A stretch of DNA of 64,000 bases. Origin: Flaccisagitta enflata (lineage: Eukaryota). Within the stretch, counting starts at the first letter, position 1. Every line of letters begins with the position of its first letter. The translations under genes were made by a program, and so were the position numbers. The notes under the pieces were generated by a model. The model was not told the origin of the DNA and made no database searches. It worked only from the letters and a program-made list of their open reading frames with translations. Positions 13,680 to 27,809 of this stretch are shown here, piece by piece. Location of the stretch: NCBI GenBank assembly GCA_965153355.1, contig OZ231126.1, positions 42,904,001 through 42,968,000 on the forward strand, read 5' to 3'.

Positions 13680-14089
13680 TGAGTGCGTGTGCGTGTGTAT
13701 TTGTGAGACACAGACAGACAGAGAAGGGGTCGGATAGACCGACAGAAACGGAAAAAATGAATATGGAACAAACAGATTCATCGGTGTACGGATAAACCAT
13801 AAGATGAAGGGATGGAATTGTGATGGCAAAGGAAAATATGGGAAACAGATAAACATAGAAGCATGCACACTTTTGTACATTTTCGCAGGGGTATTGATGG
13901 AATACATACGCTTACTTTTTGTTGCTTGTAAGAATCATGCGGGCTCTTTTCCTTTGCTTAGACTGCGTTGTCCAACTTTCACACATACATGACATACATG
14001 AAAAGATGTTTCGTCAGTTACCGGAATGAGGCGACAGTGATTTCCAAATGTGAATATGTTAGTATGCCGTGATTCAAAGCTTCTTACAT

Positions 14090-14204
<115 letters not shown>

Positions 14205-14309
14205 TTGGATGAGATTGAGGAAGACGATATTTGAATTTTGACTATATGGCTTCAACGAGAGTCGGATGTAGACTCCATAACAATAAAATTGTCGTAAAAA
14301 GTAAAGGTT

Positions 14310-14401
<92 letters not shown>

Positions 14402-15009
14402 GCCGCGGAAGTCATCCTGAATCAGGAATCGTGAATCTATTTAATATCATCTATTATATGACATTGACAACGAAAGTATCGAGTTTCAATCTTCTTTAGT
14501 CTTTCAAATCTCACAAAACCAAAATCAGATGCTACAGTTACAACTGAATGCTTAAAAGCGTTTAAAGTTGTGTTGCGCGAAACTAATTCTTCATATAAAT
14601 ATACGTATATGGACATATAAACAATTTTCGTAGGTAGAGGTAAGATGGCGTTCCTGAGATTTAGAATGAATCAATTCCGTCAAACTATGTGCTTAAATTG
14701 ATCCGCATTCGCAATTTCAAGCTGTGGAACAGGAACAGAACCATTCTCATTGGAATATAATGTTTAATGTACAAAATGAAAAAAAAATGTTAACCAATGC
14801 CTTTACGATCGACCGTATAAATCATACATTATTATCATATCATCGAATACTGATATCCAATCATATCCTCTTGCTTGACAAGCCTGATCCCATTTTCTGC
14901 TTCTTTCATATCTTACATTTGCACAACGGTATCGTTTCTCAATACATTTGCTCCGTCAACAGTCTTTTTTAAAGCTTTTCCGATTGTTCATTCGAGAGAA
15001 TACAATATG

Positions 15010-15513
15010 AATAGTCGCAAAAGCGTTAGATGGTCAGCGGTACCCGTGCCCTGCTGAGTAGGTTGTGCTTGAAGTTGAAGGGGGAGCTGGGCAGCGGTCC
15101 CAAAGGGGTCGATGACCCATGCTTTCTCACATATGGGGGATTTTCTCCTTCTCCTCCTCCTCCTTCTCCTCCATCCCTCCCCCTCAAACCCCAGTCTCGA
15201 GGCCCAAATCCCAGCCTCAAATCCCGAACCCCAGTCTCGAGGCCCATATATCAGCCTGCAGGCCAAAATCCTAGCCTCAAGGCCCAAATCCTAGCCTGGA
15301 GGCTGAGGTTTGGGCCTCAAGCCTGGGATCTAGGCCTCTTGGGTGGGATTTGGACCTTGAGGCTGAGATTTGGACCTCAAGCTGGGATTTGGGCCTCCAC
15401 GCTAGGATTTAGGCCTTGAGGCTATGATTTGGGCCTCGAGGCTGAGATTTGGGCCTCAAGAGTAGGATGGTAAGTAATGGTAAGATTGGAGGGCCTCGAG
15501 AATGGGATTTGAG
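15010..15513 (-). mobile_element. HINE-like element, family B1, main part (its missing terminus is probably 19447-19496)
   Basis: Same sequence as 57860-58360 (AATAGTCGCAAAAGCGTTAGATGGTCAGCGG..., 20-bp arrays) but stops before the terminal inverted copy. Confidence 0.8.
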
Positions 15514-16116
15514 GAGCACTCTCAAAACTCACACAGGAAAGATTGAATAAAAGTTGGAAAACATTACTACTCAACCCTACCTTACTAAAGGATGAGAGCC
15601 TTTGGAGCTCTCACTGGTGTTTAATCCGGACCCATCACAACTATCCTTAACAATGAAAAACAAACAAGTCTATCTTAACATTATCATGAGATCGTTAAAA
15701 GAAAAAAACAATCCAACCAAATAGAAAAAGTCAACAATTTTAACCTGTTTGCTACAAGTGCCAATGACAAGAAAGAGTGCCAGATGAGTGTGCTGAACTG
15801 GTGGGGCCTAATCCAAAGTCCCTCACATCCCATGTAGGTCAAGGCTCGTAAGAGCAGCGTGAACGCTCTCAAAATCGCGTTGTTCTATGCAACAGCTAAG
15901 ACAATAACTCTATCTTGATCGACACCTTGCCCGCTATCACTCTGGGAAAAGATGCTCTGATGGAGTTTGCAAAGGAAATGCTTGGCGTACTGAGAGAAGA
16001 AGAAGAGAAGAAAAGGGAAAAGGGAGAAGAAGAAGAAGAAGAAGAAGAAGAAGAAGAAGAAGGTGAAGAATAAGAAGAAGAAGAAGAAGAAGATGAAGAA
16101 GAAGAAGAAGAAGAAG

Positions 16117-16143
<27 letters not shown>

Positions 16144-16147
<4 letters not shown>

Positions 16148-16719
16148 CATCCAAGGATTGCACATGGTCAGCGGTACCCGATGCCCTGCTTAGAGTGATC
16201 AACTGAAGAGGTGGAGTGAGAGAAGGGCAGTGGCCCCAAAAGGCCGATGTCCTGTAGGACACAGGGGTGAATTTCCTTACGTCCTGAGAAGGCATATTTC
16301 AGGCCTTAAAGGCAATTTTCCATGATATTCAATGGGTGCTATGTATTTTCTACAATTTATTGTCAATTTTCCATGTTGTTCAATAGGAATTTCATTTTTT
16401 TGTTAATTTTCCATGTTATCCAATTGCTAATTTGCATTTTTTTTTGTTAATTTTCCATGTTATTTGATGGAAAGTGTGCATTTTTCTATTGTTTGTAGAT
16501 TTTCTATGTTATTCAATGGAAAGTTTGCAAGTTGTCATTTTCCCATGTTATTCAATGGGAAGTTTGCATTTTGTCATTTTCCCGTGTTATTCAATGAAAA
16601 TTTGAAAATTGAGAAGGTTCAGGGGGGGACGTACGGACGGACGGACGGACGGACGGATGTAAGGAAATTCACCCCTGTGTCCTACAGGACATCGGCCCTT
16701 TGGGGCCGCTGCCTAAAAA
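16144..16719 (-). mobile_element. HINE-like element, family B3, with ~39-51-bp internal repeats
   Basis: Inverted pair GGGCAG(C/T)GGCCCCAAA(A/G)GGCCGATGTCCTGTAGGACACAGGGGTGAATTTCCTTAC flanking TTTCCATGTTATTCAATGG units and (GACG)n; hairpin ATCC-AA-GGAT at the end; reverse copy at 54944-55510. Confidence 0.85.
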
Positions 16720-17120
16720 GGAGAAGGAGGAAGAGAAGGGGGAAAAGAGGAGAAAGGAAACTAAGAGGGAAAATCAGAACTTCATGTTAATCAGTGGTAC
16801 CCATTGCCCCTAAGTTAGTGCATGAAATGATATGGTAGTGATAAGGGCAGCGGCAAACAATCTCAACCTTATCGCTGAAATCCCAATAAAAGGCGACCCA
16901 GCCCATTTTTGACCGTGGTCACGGGCAAAAGTGGTGACTAAGGCCTTGCGGGTTTGGCCGTGAGAAGGCCGAGGCTCGGTTTTTAGGTCAAACCCAAATT
17001 TCGGTTTTGCCTTCAAACCCGACTTTGTACTGAAGGATATTTTTGCTTCTATATTATTCTTTCAATCTTTCACTCATCAAATAATTTTTGTATTTTTATA
17101 TTTCTTATCTTTTAAATAAT

Positions 17121-17183
<63 letters not shown>

Positions 17184-17205
17184 CTCTTTCTTTTTCTCTC
17201 TCTCT

Positions 17206-17334
<129 letters not shown>

Positions 17335-17356
17335 CTAAGTTGCATTCATTTCATAG

Positions 17357-17693
17357 TTTTTAGTCGCGTGCACGCGACTCTACACCTTGGTCTGTCGGTC
17401 GGTAAGTCGGTCGGTCCGTCACGTAACCTTTTTAAATTTTTGACGTTTTTTGACGGTTTTTAACATTTTTTAGCATTTTTTAACAATCTTTAACATTCTT
17501 TAACATTTTCTAACTTTTTTTGGCATTTTAACATTTTTTAACATTTTTCAACATTTTTTAACTTTTTTTAACATTTTTTAACATCATTTAACATTATCTA
17601 ACATTTTTTAACATTTTTTAACATTTCCTGACATTTCTAACATTTTGTCTGTCACTTCCAGACGCACGCGACTGTTGCCCTCTTGGGCTTGTT
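17357..17693 (+). mobile_element. HINE-like element, family A, with TTAACATTTT array
   Basis: TTTTTAGTCGCGTGCACGCGACTCTA start; 3' GCACGCGACT + hairpin GCCC-TCTT-GGGC + TTGTT. Confidence 0.85.
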
Positions 17694-18410
17694 TTTTCTT
17701 ATATTGCTGCTCAAACATATTTTTTCCTGTTTTTAGCTCACCTTTAAGATTTTTTGCTGTCTTAGTTCTGTCTCAGTGCTGTCTCAGTGTGGCCGTGTCC
17801 ATGTCTGTGTGTGTTTGTGTATGTGTTTGTTTGTTTCTTTTTTGTTTCTTTTTTTCTTTTTTTCTTCTTAGTTGTGGACACGCAACTCTATAAGAGGCTT
17901 TGTCCGTCCGTCCGTCCATCTGTCTGTCGGTCCATCAGTATGAGTCCAAAACTGTGGAAATAAACGCCATATGCAAGGCCTTAGTGGTGACTAATGTAAA
18001 AGTTTCAGTGGCCGCTTAGGTATACAATATGCTCACTTATTTTCATACTGTCATCACTTTCACTCTTTCGCTTTTCTTGTTCATCTTTTTTTTAAGACCT
18101 TCTACCTCTATAATTGGCTGTGTCCGTCTGTCTGTCTGTTGGTCTATATGCGAGTTAGTAATGCATTTGTTCAAAAGTCCACACCTTATTGGCGTACTTG
18201 TTTTTTTTTATATTGTTTTCTTATGTTTTTTCTCCTTCTTTCTTCTTTTTTTTTCCTCCTCTTTCTTTTTTTCTTCTTTTTTTCTTCTTTTTTTTTCTCT
18301 TCTTTCTTTCTTTCTTTCTTTTTTCATTTCTTTCTTTTCTTCTTCTTTTTTTTTTCTCTTCTTTCTTTCTTTCTTTCTTTCTTTTTTCATTTCTTTCTTT
18401 TTTCTTTTTT

Positions 18411-18474
<64 letters not shown>

Positions 18475-18479
18475 TTTTC

Positions 18480-18510
<31 letters not shown>

Positions 18511-18562
18511 TTTTTTTCTTTCTGTCTTTGTTTGTTTGTTTTTTTGTTTGTTTTTTTATTTG

Positions 18563-18675
<113 letters not shown>

Positions 18676-18681
18676 TTCTCT

Positions 18682-18794
<113 letters not shown>

Positions 18795-19446
18795 TTCATG
18801 AGACAGGAAAAAAATCAAAACGCGATCTGGTTGAAGGACAACAAAAGCTATCACAGGGTCATTATCAAGCCCCATAGCGTTTTTGTCTTTGTAACCTGAT
18901 CTTGCTTATCCAATGAGGGATTAATGGTGTTCCTTACTCCATAGCTCCATAGCTCCATCGCGGTAGGGTTTTGGCTGGTGACATATCTCTCACATCCATC
19001 TGATCTTCCCATTGTAAAAGGCTCATGCAACCCACAACTCAAAATCAAAATTTCTCCACAGATTGACACCATTTTCTTTAACATCCCATGTCAACCCAAA
19101 ATAAAAGGTGCAAAGTAGTCAGCATATTCCTATTATTTTTAGTGAACAAAATACCAAATGATGATGTAGCTATCCAAGGATAATCTAGATATCAAAGGCA
19201 ATGTTGTTAAAAACCATACCATTAGAGGCAAGAATCGAGAATCAACCATATGGGATCGCCGGCATTCTATACCATGGTATCATGAAATCGTTAAAAAAAA
19301 ACAATCCGACCAAATAGAAAAAATCAACAATTTTAACCTGTTTGATACAAGTGCCAATGACAAGAAAGAGTGCCAGATGAGTGTGCTGAACTGGTGGGGC
19401 CTAATCCATAGTCCCTCACATCCATCTGATCTTCCCATTGTAAAAG

Positions 19447-19496
19447 TATGTGTGAAAGCATAGGTCATCGACCCCTTTGGGGCCGCTGCCCAAAAA
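19447..19496 (-). mobile_element. Isolated family B1 5' terminus
   Basis: TATGTGTGAAAGCATAGGTCATCGACCCCTTTGGGGCCGCTGCCCAAAAA. Confidence 0.8.
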
Positions 19497-19637
19497 TAGG
19501 AGAAAAAAGAACAATAATAGGGGGAGAGAGAGAGAAAGAGAGCGACATAACATCCGAGACAAAAAAAATGGTTAACCGTGAGTCAGAATGAAATACTATA
19601 TTGGCTCAATATGGAAATGGAACAAAAATGAATACAA

Positions 19638-19775
<138 letters not shown>

Positions 19776-20700
19776 CCGCAAAATCGTTAAATGATCAGCG
19801 CCCAACGCTACCTGATGCTCCTGGGTGAGTGGATGTGGGAATGAGATGAGATGAGGCTAATTTGGACACTAAATAGGACTTGGGCCTTCAGGCTGAGATT
19901 TGGGGTATGAGGCTGGGAATTAGGCCATAAGGTTGAGATCAAAGCGTCCAGGCTGAAATTGAGACCTCAAAGCTGGAATTTGGACCTCAAGGCTTGGATT
20001 TGGGCAGGTAGATGATTTAAAGTGAAATCGCTTTTGATTTTTACCCTCCTGCCTTTTATTTTCTTTTCTGATAATTTCTTATGATTTGGTACAGCCAAAA
20101 GTTATATTTTCCCCAAATTTTCTTTTTCTTTCTCTTTTTCCCCCTTTGATTTTCTTCCCCGTATCCAAACCCTTTGAGGGGGGCACGGGGGGGGGGACTC
20201 AACTACAGGGCTGTCATATTTTGCAAAAAAAGGTTTCAAGCCTTTTTTGTGGCAAGGTAGTATTCTTTAGTGGACAAGTTTGAGTCGTCCACAAGGTCTT
20301 TAAGTTGCGAGCGATAGACAAAAGACTTCGTCTCTTTCTCTCGCACTTATTATCGAAATTCTATGCCTTGCCTTCCTCTTATTCTTAAGCTTTTTCTTGA
20401 CTTCGTCTTTTTCATTGTCTTTTTCGTTTTCGTTTTCGTTTTCGTATTCGTTTTCTTTTTCTTTTTCGTTTTTTTTTCTTTTTCTTTTTCTTTTTCTTTT
20501 TCTTTTTCTTTTTCTTTTTCTTTTTCTTCTTCTTCTTCTTCTTCTTCTTCTTCTTCTTCTTCTTCTTCTTCATGTTCCCGTTGTTCTTGTGGCTGTTCTT
20601 CCTCCTGTTTTACTTCTTTGTCTTGTTCGCCCTCTCCTATGATAGGATCTATCTAATCTATTCCCTTCATCTTATCTTCTTCTTTATTTCCTTCTCTAGA

Positions 20701-20782
<82 letters not shown>

Positions 20783-21010
20783 CTTCTTCTTCTTCTTCTT
20801 CTTCTTCTTCTTCTTCTTCTTCTTCTTCTTCTTCTTCTTCTTCTTCTTCTTCTTCAACTTCTTCTTCTTCCTCTTGGTCTTCTTCTTCGTCTTCTTCTTC
20901 ATCGTTATCTTTTTCTTCTTCTTCTTCTTCATCGTCTTCTTTTTCTTCATCGTCTTCTTCTTCTTCTTCTTCTTCTTCTTCTTCTTCTTCTTCTTCTTCT
21001 TCTTCTTCTT

Positions 21011-21041
<31 letters not shown>

Positions 21042-21180
21042 GTCTTCTTTTTCTTTTTCTTCTTCCCGTTTTACTTCATTGCGTTGTCTCTTTGCCCCGG
21101 CGATGCGAATAACGTTGAAAACGACCGCAAAAGCGCGCCTTAGTGCATAGAAACGGCGCAGGACAGTGGAGGAGAGAGAA

Positions 21181-21267
<87 letters not shown>

Positions 21268-21826
21268 TAGACAGACAGACAGACAGATAGACAGACAGAC
21301 AGATTTCTACATCTGTACCCTTGCCAATGGCGTGGAGTGGTTGCCCCCTGCCATCCCAAACGCGACGCGACTGGGGCAGGCATGTTTCCCGCCTTGTTTT
21401 GACTGATCGCTTAACTGAAAAATATTTTTTTCACTTACTTTGAGTCAAGCTTGATTAAAAGAAACTTAAACGAAATAAAAGGAGAGAAACACGGATAAAT
21501 AAAAACCCGGAGATGATCTTTATAGTTTAGTAAAAAGTTATTAGCAACGTTTATGCGGAATTGATGCCTTTCGCAGCGGCATAAAAAGTAAAGTAAAGCA
21601 AATTTGTTCGTAAGGTGTGGTGTCGAACTGTCGAAACGATGGCAGAAATTTTCCGTTACGTCGATAAAATGCGGTTGCAAGGACACATGATACCTGCTTC
21701 CTCGTCAACTCGAAATGACGCATTTGCTAAGAAGAAAAAAAAAGAGGAAAAGGAAAAAAGTGAACAGATAAGTCGTTCCAGCGTGACAAACGGATAAAAT
21801 GGCCAAAGAAAAAAAAAACAACTTTT

Positions 21827-21931
<105 letters not shown>

Positions 21932-22393
21932 CACGATGGTGGCATCGAAAAAGTCAGTGGAGATGAAGAAAAAAGGTTATCGAGGTCTAAAAGGAAAACA
22001 TGAGAGCGAAGGAAAAGATCGCCCATGTCATGAACACAAGAAGGGGCTTATTGGGTTCACTTACCCCGCAGTCGTACGTGTTGGGGATGAAGGCAGATAC
22101 AGTTTTTATGTTGCTGGGCAAGAGCTTAACGCATGTTGAGTGGATATATGGAATGGGTGGAGAGCTTAGTCGGGGTCCGGTATAAGAAAGACTCACAAAA
22201 GGGGAGGTGGTTGTATTGATATAGGGTAGAAAACTTAGTTTGGATTTGCTAGCAAATTTCATCCACGTGATTTTTCAAGGGGACCAACATCTACATGGAC
22301 GGACTAACAGACCGACAAACCAAAAGATGGACCATCGGATAGGCGAATGGACAGAATATCTTACAGAGAGATGTTGATGCATCTAATGATAGA

Positions 22394-22839
22394 CAAGAGC
22401 CAGTGTATGGTCAGCGGCATCCATGCCCTGCTTGAATGGTTCGTTAGTAAAGTCAAAGAGGGGGAGCAGAGCAGCGGCCCAAAAGGGAAAGAAGTCCTGT
22501 AGAACACAGGGGGAATCTGTACGTCCGTCCATCCATACAGGATCTGGGTCCAAGAGGGCAGAAACAGGGATATGGATAATGGAGGCCGGAATTTGTGCCA
22601 CAAAGGTCTTCAAAACTAAGCTTTTGGTCCAGATCTCAGAGAATAGAAACTGCGTCTTAGAGGCCAGAACCTGGGTCTCATAAAAAGAGAATCTAGGCCT
22701 CAAAGGCCGGGATCTGGGTCTCAGAGGCTAAAATGAAGGGCAAAAGGATAAACATATATATGTATGAACAAATGGACTGACCGATGGACAGATTCTTCGT
22801 GTTCTATGGGACTTTATCTCCTTTGGGGCCGCTGCTCAA
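22394..22839 (-). mobile_element. HINE-like element, family B2, degenerate
   Basis: TGGTCAGCGG..GCAGCGGCCC..AAGTCCTGTAGAACACAGGGGG, decayed 21-bp units, inverted copy ending GGGGCCGCTGCTCAA. Confidence 0.7.
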
Positions 22840-22968
22840 GAAGTAGGAAAATACAGGAATGGAAGACAGAAATGCAGATGTGGATATGGTGCTACTACAT
22901 GAGAGAGTAAGAAAGAAGTCAAAAATAGCAAGGGAGGCAAGGAGGAAAGAAGAAAAACAGCAAGGAGG

Positions 22969-23075
<107 letters not shown>

Positions 23076-23227
23076 CGAATGAAAGAAATGTTGAGCGAGA
23101 CTGATCACTTGCAAATACATGATATTTCATACTTTGGCCAAAGCAAAAACAACATCATCACAAACAAACGAAATCCAGACCTACTTCTAAGATTCCAAAT
23201 CAAAGACGAAAAAAAAAATAGGATAGA

Positions 23228-23281
<54 letters not shown>

Positions 23282-23686
23282 GACAGACAGACAGACAGAC
23301 AGACAGAGTAATAGAAACGTACCGAGAAATGAGAGACAGTCAGACAAACAGATCAACACACAGATAGGAAGGCACACAGACAGACAAACAGACATACAGA
23401 TAGATAGAGACAGAGTGAGAGGAGAGTCAGACTGTAGGAGATAGAGAGAACCTGGCACTAGGGAATAATTCTTGGGAAATGTTTGGACATTTATGATTCC
23501 TTTGATCAAGATTCAAAGATTGAGGAAGGAAGATTTCTATTCGTTGAGTTGGGTTGGGTCAAAGGGGGCAAAATGTGAGGGGGAAATGGAGAAAAATGGG
23601 GACTGGCTTGAAGGACGCAAAAAGGATGATAAGAAGGGGGAAAGGGGAAGGAAAGAGTACATACCAAGGGAGGCAGCACAACGGTG

Positions 23687-24389
23687 AACAGGTCGCCCAA
23701 GGGCAATATGTGGTCAGCGATACCCGTTGCCCTGCTTTGAGTGATTGTAAATTGGAGTGAGGGGAAGCAGGGCAGCGGCCCCGAAGGGGACAAAGTCCTG
23801 TAGAACACAGGGGGATTTTCGTTCGTCCTGCCTGAGGAAGTGGATGAGATGCGAAAGAGGGCTGACTGGAGGCCTTCAAGAGCCTAAACTTAGGTCTAAG
23901 AAGGCTGATGTAAGGCCTTAGAATGCCAATTGGAAGCTTGGAAGACTGACTTGAGGCTTAAGAGAGCTGGATTAGGGTTTGAAAGGTAAGAGGACTGATT
24001 TGAAGCCTGAGAGCAATGAATTGAGGCTTAAATAGCTGATTTGAGGCCTGAGAGGCCTAGTTTGAGGCCTGAGAAGCAAGGTTTGAGGCCTGAGAGGCCA
24101 GGTTTGAGGCCTGAGGATTTGGATTTGAGGCCTTAGAAGCCTAATTTTAGGCCTGAGAGGCCAGGTTTTAGGCCTGAGAGGTTGGATTTGAGGCTTGAGA
24201 GGCTTGATTTGAGGCCTGAGAGGCCTGATTTTAGGCCTGAGAGGCAAGATTGGGGGTCTGAGAGGCCAGATTTGAGGCCTGAGGAGCCTGATGGGGGGGA
24301 CGAACGGACGGACGGACGAACAAACGGACGAACAAAAGTCCCCCTGTGTTCTACAGGACTTCGTCCCCTTTGGAGCCGCTGCCCAAAAA
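23687..24389 (-). mobile_element. HINE-like element, family B2, with 21-bp array
   Basis: End AACAGGTC-GCCC-AA-GGGC-AATATGTGGTCAGCG; inverted pair GGGCAGCGGCCCCGAAGGGGAC.AAGTCCTGTAGAACACAGGGG; (GAGGCCTGAGAGGCCAGATTT)n. Confidence 0.85.
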
Positions 24390-24537
24390 GGGGTTGAAAA
24401 AGAAGAAGAAGAAGAAGAAGAAGAAGAAGAAGAAGAAGAAGAAGAAGAAGAAGAAGAAAAGAAGAAAAAAGAAGAAGAAGAAGAAGAAGAAGAAGAAAGA
24501 AGAAGAAAAGAAAAAGAAAGGAACAAGAAAAGAAAAA

Positions 24538-25202
24538 GGATCAAGGATGCACGTTCAGCGGTACCCGATGCCCTGCTTGGAGTGATTAGCTGAAGTGGGT
24601 GAGCAGGGCAGCGGCCCAAAGGGCCGATGTCCTGTAGGACACAGGGTGAATTTCCTTACGTCCTGAGAGGGCACAGGGTAATTTTCCGTGATATTCATTG
24701 AATTTTGTATTTTTTTTCAATTTTATTCAATGGAACTTGAGGTCTGAGAGGCTGGATTTAAGGCCCAAGAGGCTGAAATGAGTCCAAGAGGTTGGATTTG
24801 AGGCCCAGAGGCTGAATATGAGGCCCAGAGGCTGGATTTGAGGCCTGAGAGGCTGGATTTGAGGCCTGAGAGGCTGGATTTGAGGTCTGAGAGGCTGGAT
24901 TTAAGGCCTGAGAGGGATTTGAGGCCTGACAGACTGGATTTGAGGCCTGAGAAGCTGGATTTGAGGCCTGAGGGGCTGGATTTAAGGCCTGAGAGGCTGG
25001 ATTTGAGACCTGAGAGGCTGGATTTGAGGCCTGAGAGGCCAGATTTGAGGCCTGAGAGGCCGGATATGAGGCCTGAGAGGCTTGAGAAGCCTCCGAGGGG
25101 GGGACGTACGGACGGACGGACGTATGTACGTACGGACGGACGTAAGGAAATTCACCCCTGTGTCCTACAGGACAGCGGCCCTTTGGGGCCGCTGCCCAAA
25201 AA
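24538..25202 (-). mobile_element. HINE-like element, family B3 termini with 21-bp array
   Basis: Same inverted pair as 16144-16719, but cargo is (GAGGCCTGAGAGGCTGGATTT)n. Confidence 0.85.
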
Positions 25203-25569
25203 GGAAAAGAAGAAGAAAGGAAGAAGAAGAAGAAGGAAGTTGGAAGCAGGTTTTTCTTGAAGGAAAAAATACCTTAGTCTCTATCAAGTTTTGTTTTGAT
25301 ATGATTACTGTAAATCACATATTTTGGGGTTGACTCATAGTTGTGTACTTTTCTCAGTCAGTGAAGCAGATCATAGTTTAAGGTTGTGTGTATCATGAGC
25401 TTTGAACAGTGGGAAGGCCATGATCAGACAAATGCGATGAATGTAGGGAGCGCAGTTAGACATACATATACTTTATATTGCCACTAGCACATTGTAAAAA
25501 CAAATTATCGATGCTTTTGGCTGTGGATTTGCTTCTATAGAGCAGCTCGTTGGTATAATATTGTGTGAT

Positions 25570-25612
25570 ATGGTATGGTATGGTATGGTATGGTATGGTA
25601 TGGTATGGTATG
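25570..25612. repeat. (ATGGT)n pentanucleotide repeat
   Basis: Direct reading. Confidence 0.9.
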
Positions 25613-26087
25613 CTCTTGTCTTTTTTCTAGTTTTGGTTTGACAGCAATGTTGTCCAAATTTCATGCAATGGCAAATGGATACGAGGCGACTCTTTTGCGG
25701 GGTTCAGTCTCATTCAGTCCCTTTGCACCATCGAAACTTTACTGTATTCAAAGGTTATAAAAGAGGAAGGATATGATGTGCCAATGTAAGAAACGAGTCT
25801 CATAAAAACGCAGACTGTGAGAGCGAGACAAGACGTGAGACATGATTTCCTCTTTTTACATGACCTTAGGGGCGGTATAATCTGAGCACTTGGAAAAAAA
25901 TCCATTCACATGAACTTGTACAATAATTTACATTGCTGAGATTCAAACCACTAGGCTTGTCCCATTCATCCGCAATTTTTAGTCATTATTTTCAACAGAT
26001 CAATTATAACTTACAAGTTGTCACAATCGAAAGTAGTCTTATGACTTTGCCAAATTTTCTTTTATGCTTACCACGCGTATGTATCTA

Positions 26088-26320
26088 AACAAGCCCGATC
26101 GGGCAACGATGCGTTCTGATTGTGTCTCTGCGTGGAGTGAATTTCATTGTATTTGTGATACATATCTAATGACAGACAGACTGGCGAAGTATCTTACATG
26201 ACAATCAAAAGAGCTTCTCAAGACATGTTAGTATATCATGCTGTCAAACCTCGATACGGCCGAAAAGCGTCGAGAAATGCATTTTGCACAGGCGTAAAGG
26301 ACATGCGGAAAACAAATGCA
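26088..26320 (-). mobile_element. Family C element, degenerate 3' part
   Basis: AACAAGCCCGATCGGGCAACGATGCGTT..TGTGTCTCTGCGTG..TTTTGCACAGGCGTAA matches 1106-1325; another short relic at ~44848-44950. Confidence 0.65.
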
Positions 26321-26366
26321 TAATGTCAAAGTGTTTCACAAATGTCACTTGAATCGTTCTTCTTAG

Positions 26367-26456
26367 CAAAAAAAAGATTCGACTGGTCCCCCTCAAAAAA
26401 GAGCCCAACTCTTTTGGGCTAAAAGGAAGATGAAAGATGCTTTGGAAGAGCAAAAG
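26367..26456 (+). CDS. Candidate internal coding exon of an unidentified gene (QKKDSTGPPQKRAQLFWAKRKMKDALEEQK)
   Basis: Acceptor TTCTTCTTAG, 90 nt open in phase 0, strong donor AAG|GTGAGT, non-repetitive sequence; no homology assignable by eye. Confidence 0.3.
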
Positions 26457-26537
26457 GTGAGTGAGTTATTGCCATATTTGGATGTGGTGAGACTTAGTCG
26501 ACGCCTGGCGGGCGCTGAAAAGAAAGAAACTCAGAGA

Positions 26538-26592
<55 letters not shown>

Positions 26593-26610
26593 CTTAAAAC
26601 TTATATGTAG

Positions 26611-27418
<808 letters not shown>

Positions 27419-27809
27419 GTTACTTAAATGTTTCACATCATTACAAGCCTTTGAGATGAGGCAGACTTCCAGTACCGATGGGGAAACACTGAAGGGTAAT
27501 GCTCAGAAATTCATTTTCATGTTGACTTTAAAGCATCTGATCCAACAATAAAAAAAAAATTCAAACAAGCAATCAGTGGAAATAGATCTAAGTCACGATA
27601 TAATTATATGCAACTATATTGACAGACAAAAAAAAAACAGACAAACGTTTAAACTGAACAATTACAAGCGAAGTCGCATGATCAATTTTGATCATGCGAA
27701 CAAAAAAAAAAGCCATGAATGAGGATTATATTAACTGATAAATATACCGAAATTATCAAGAACAAAATAACGAGACAAAAAAAAAAAAAAAAAAAAAAAA
27801 AAAACAAAC

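Noticed and set aside
24838..25260. RPERLDL heptad-repeat protein (and LRPEICP at 30835-31044)
   Set aside because: By-product of 21-bp arrays inside non-coding family B elements.
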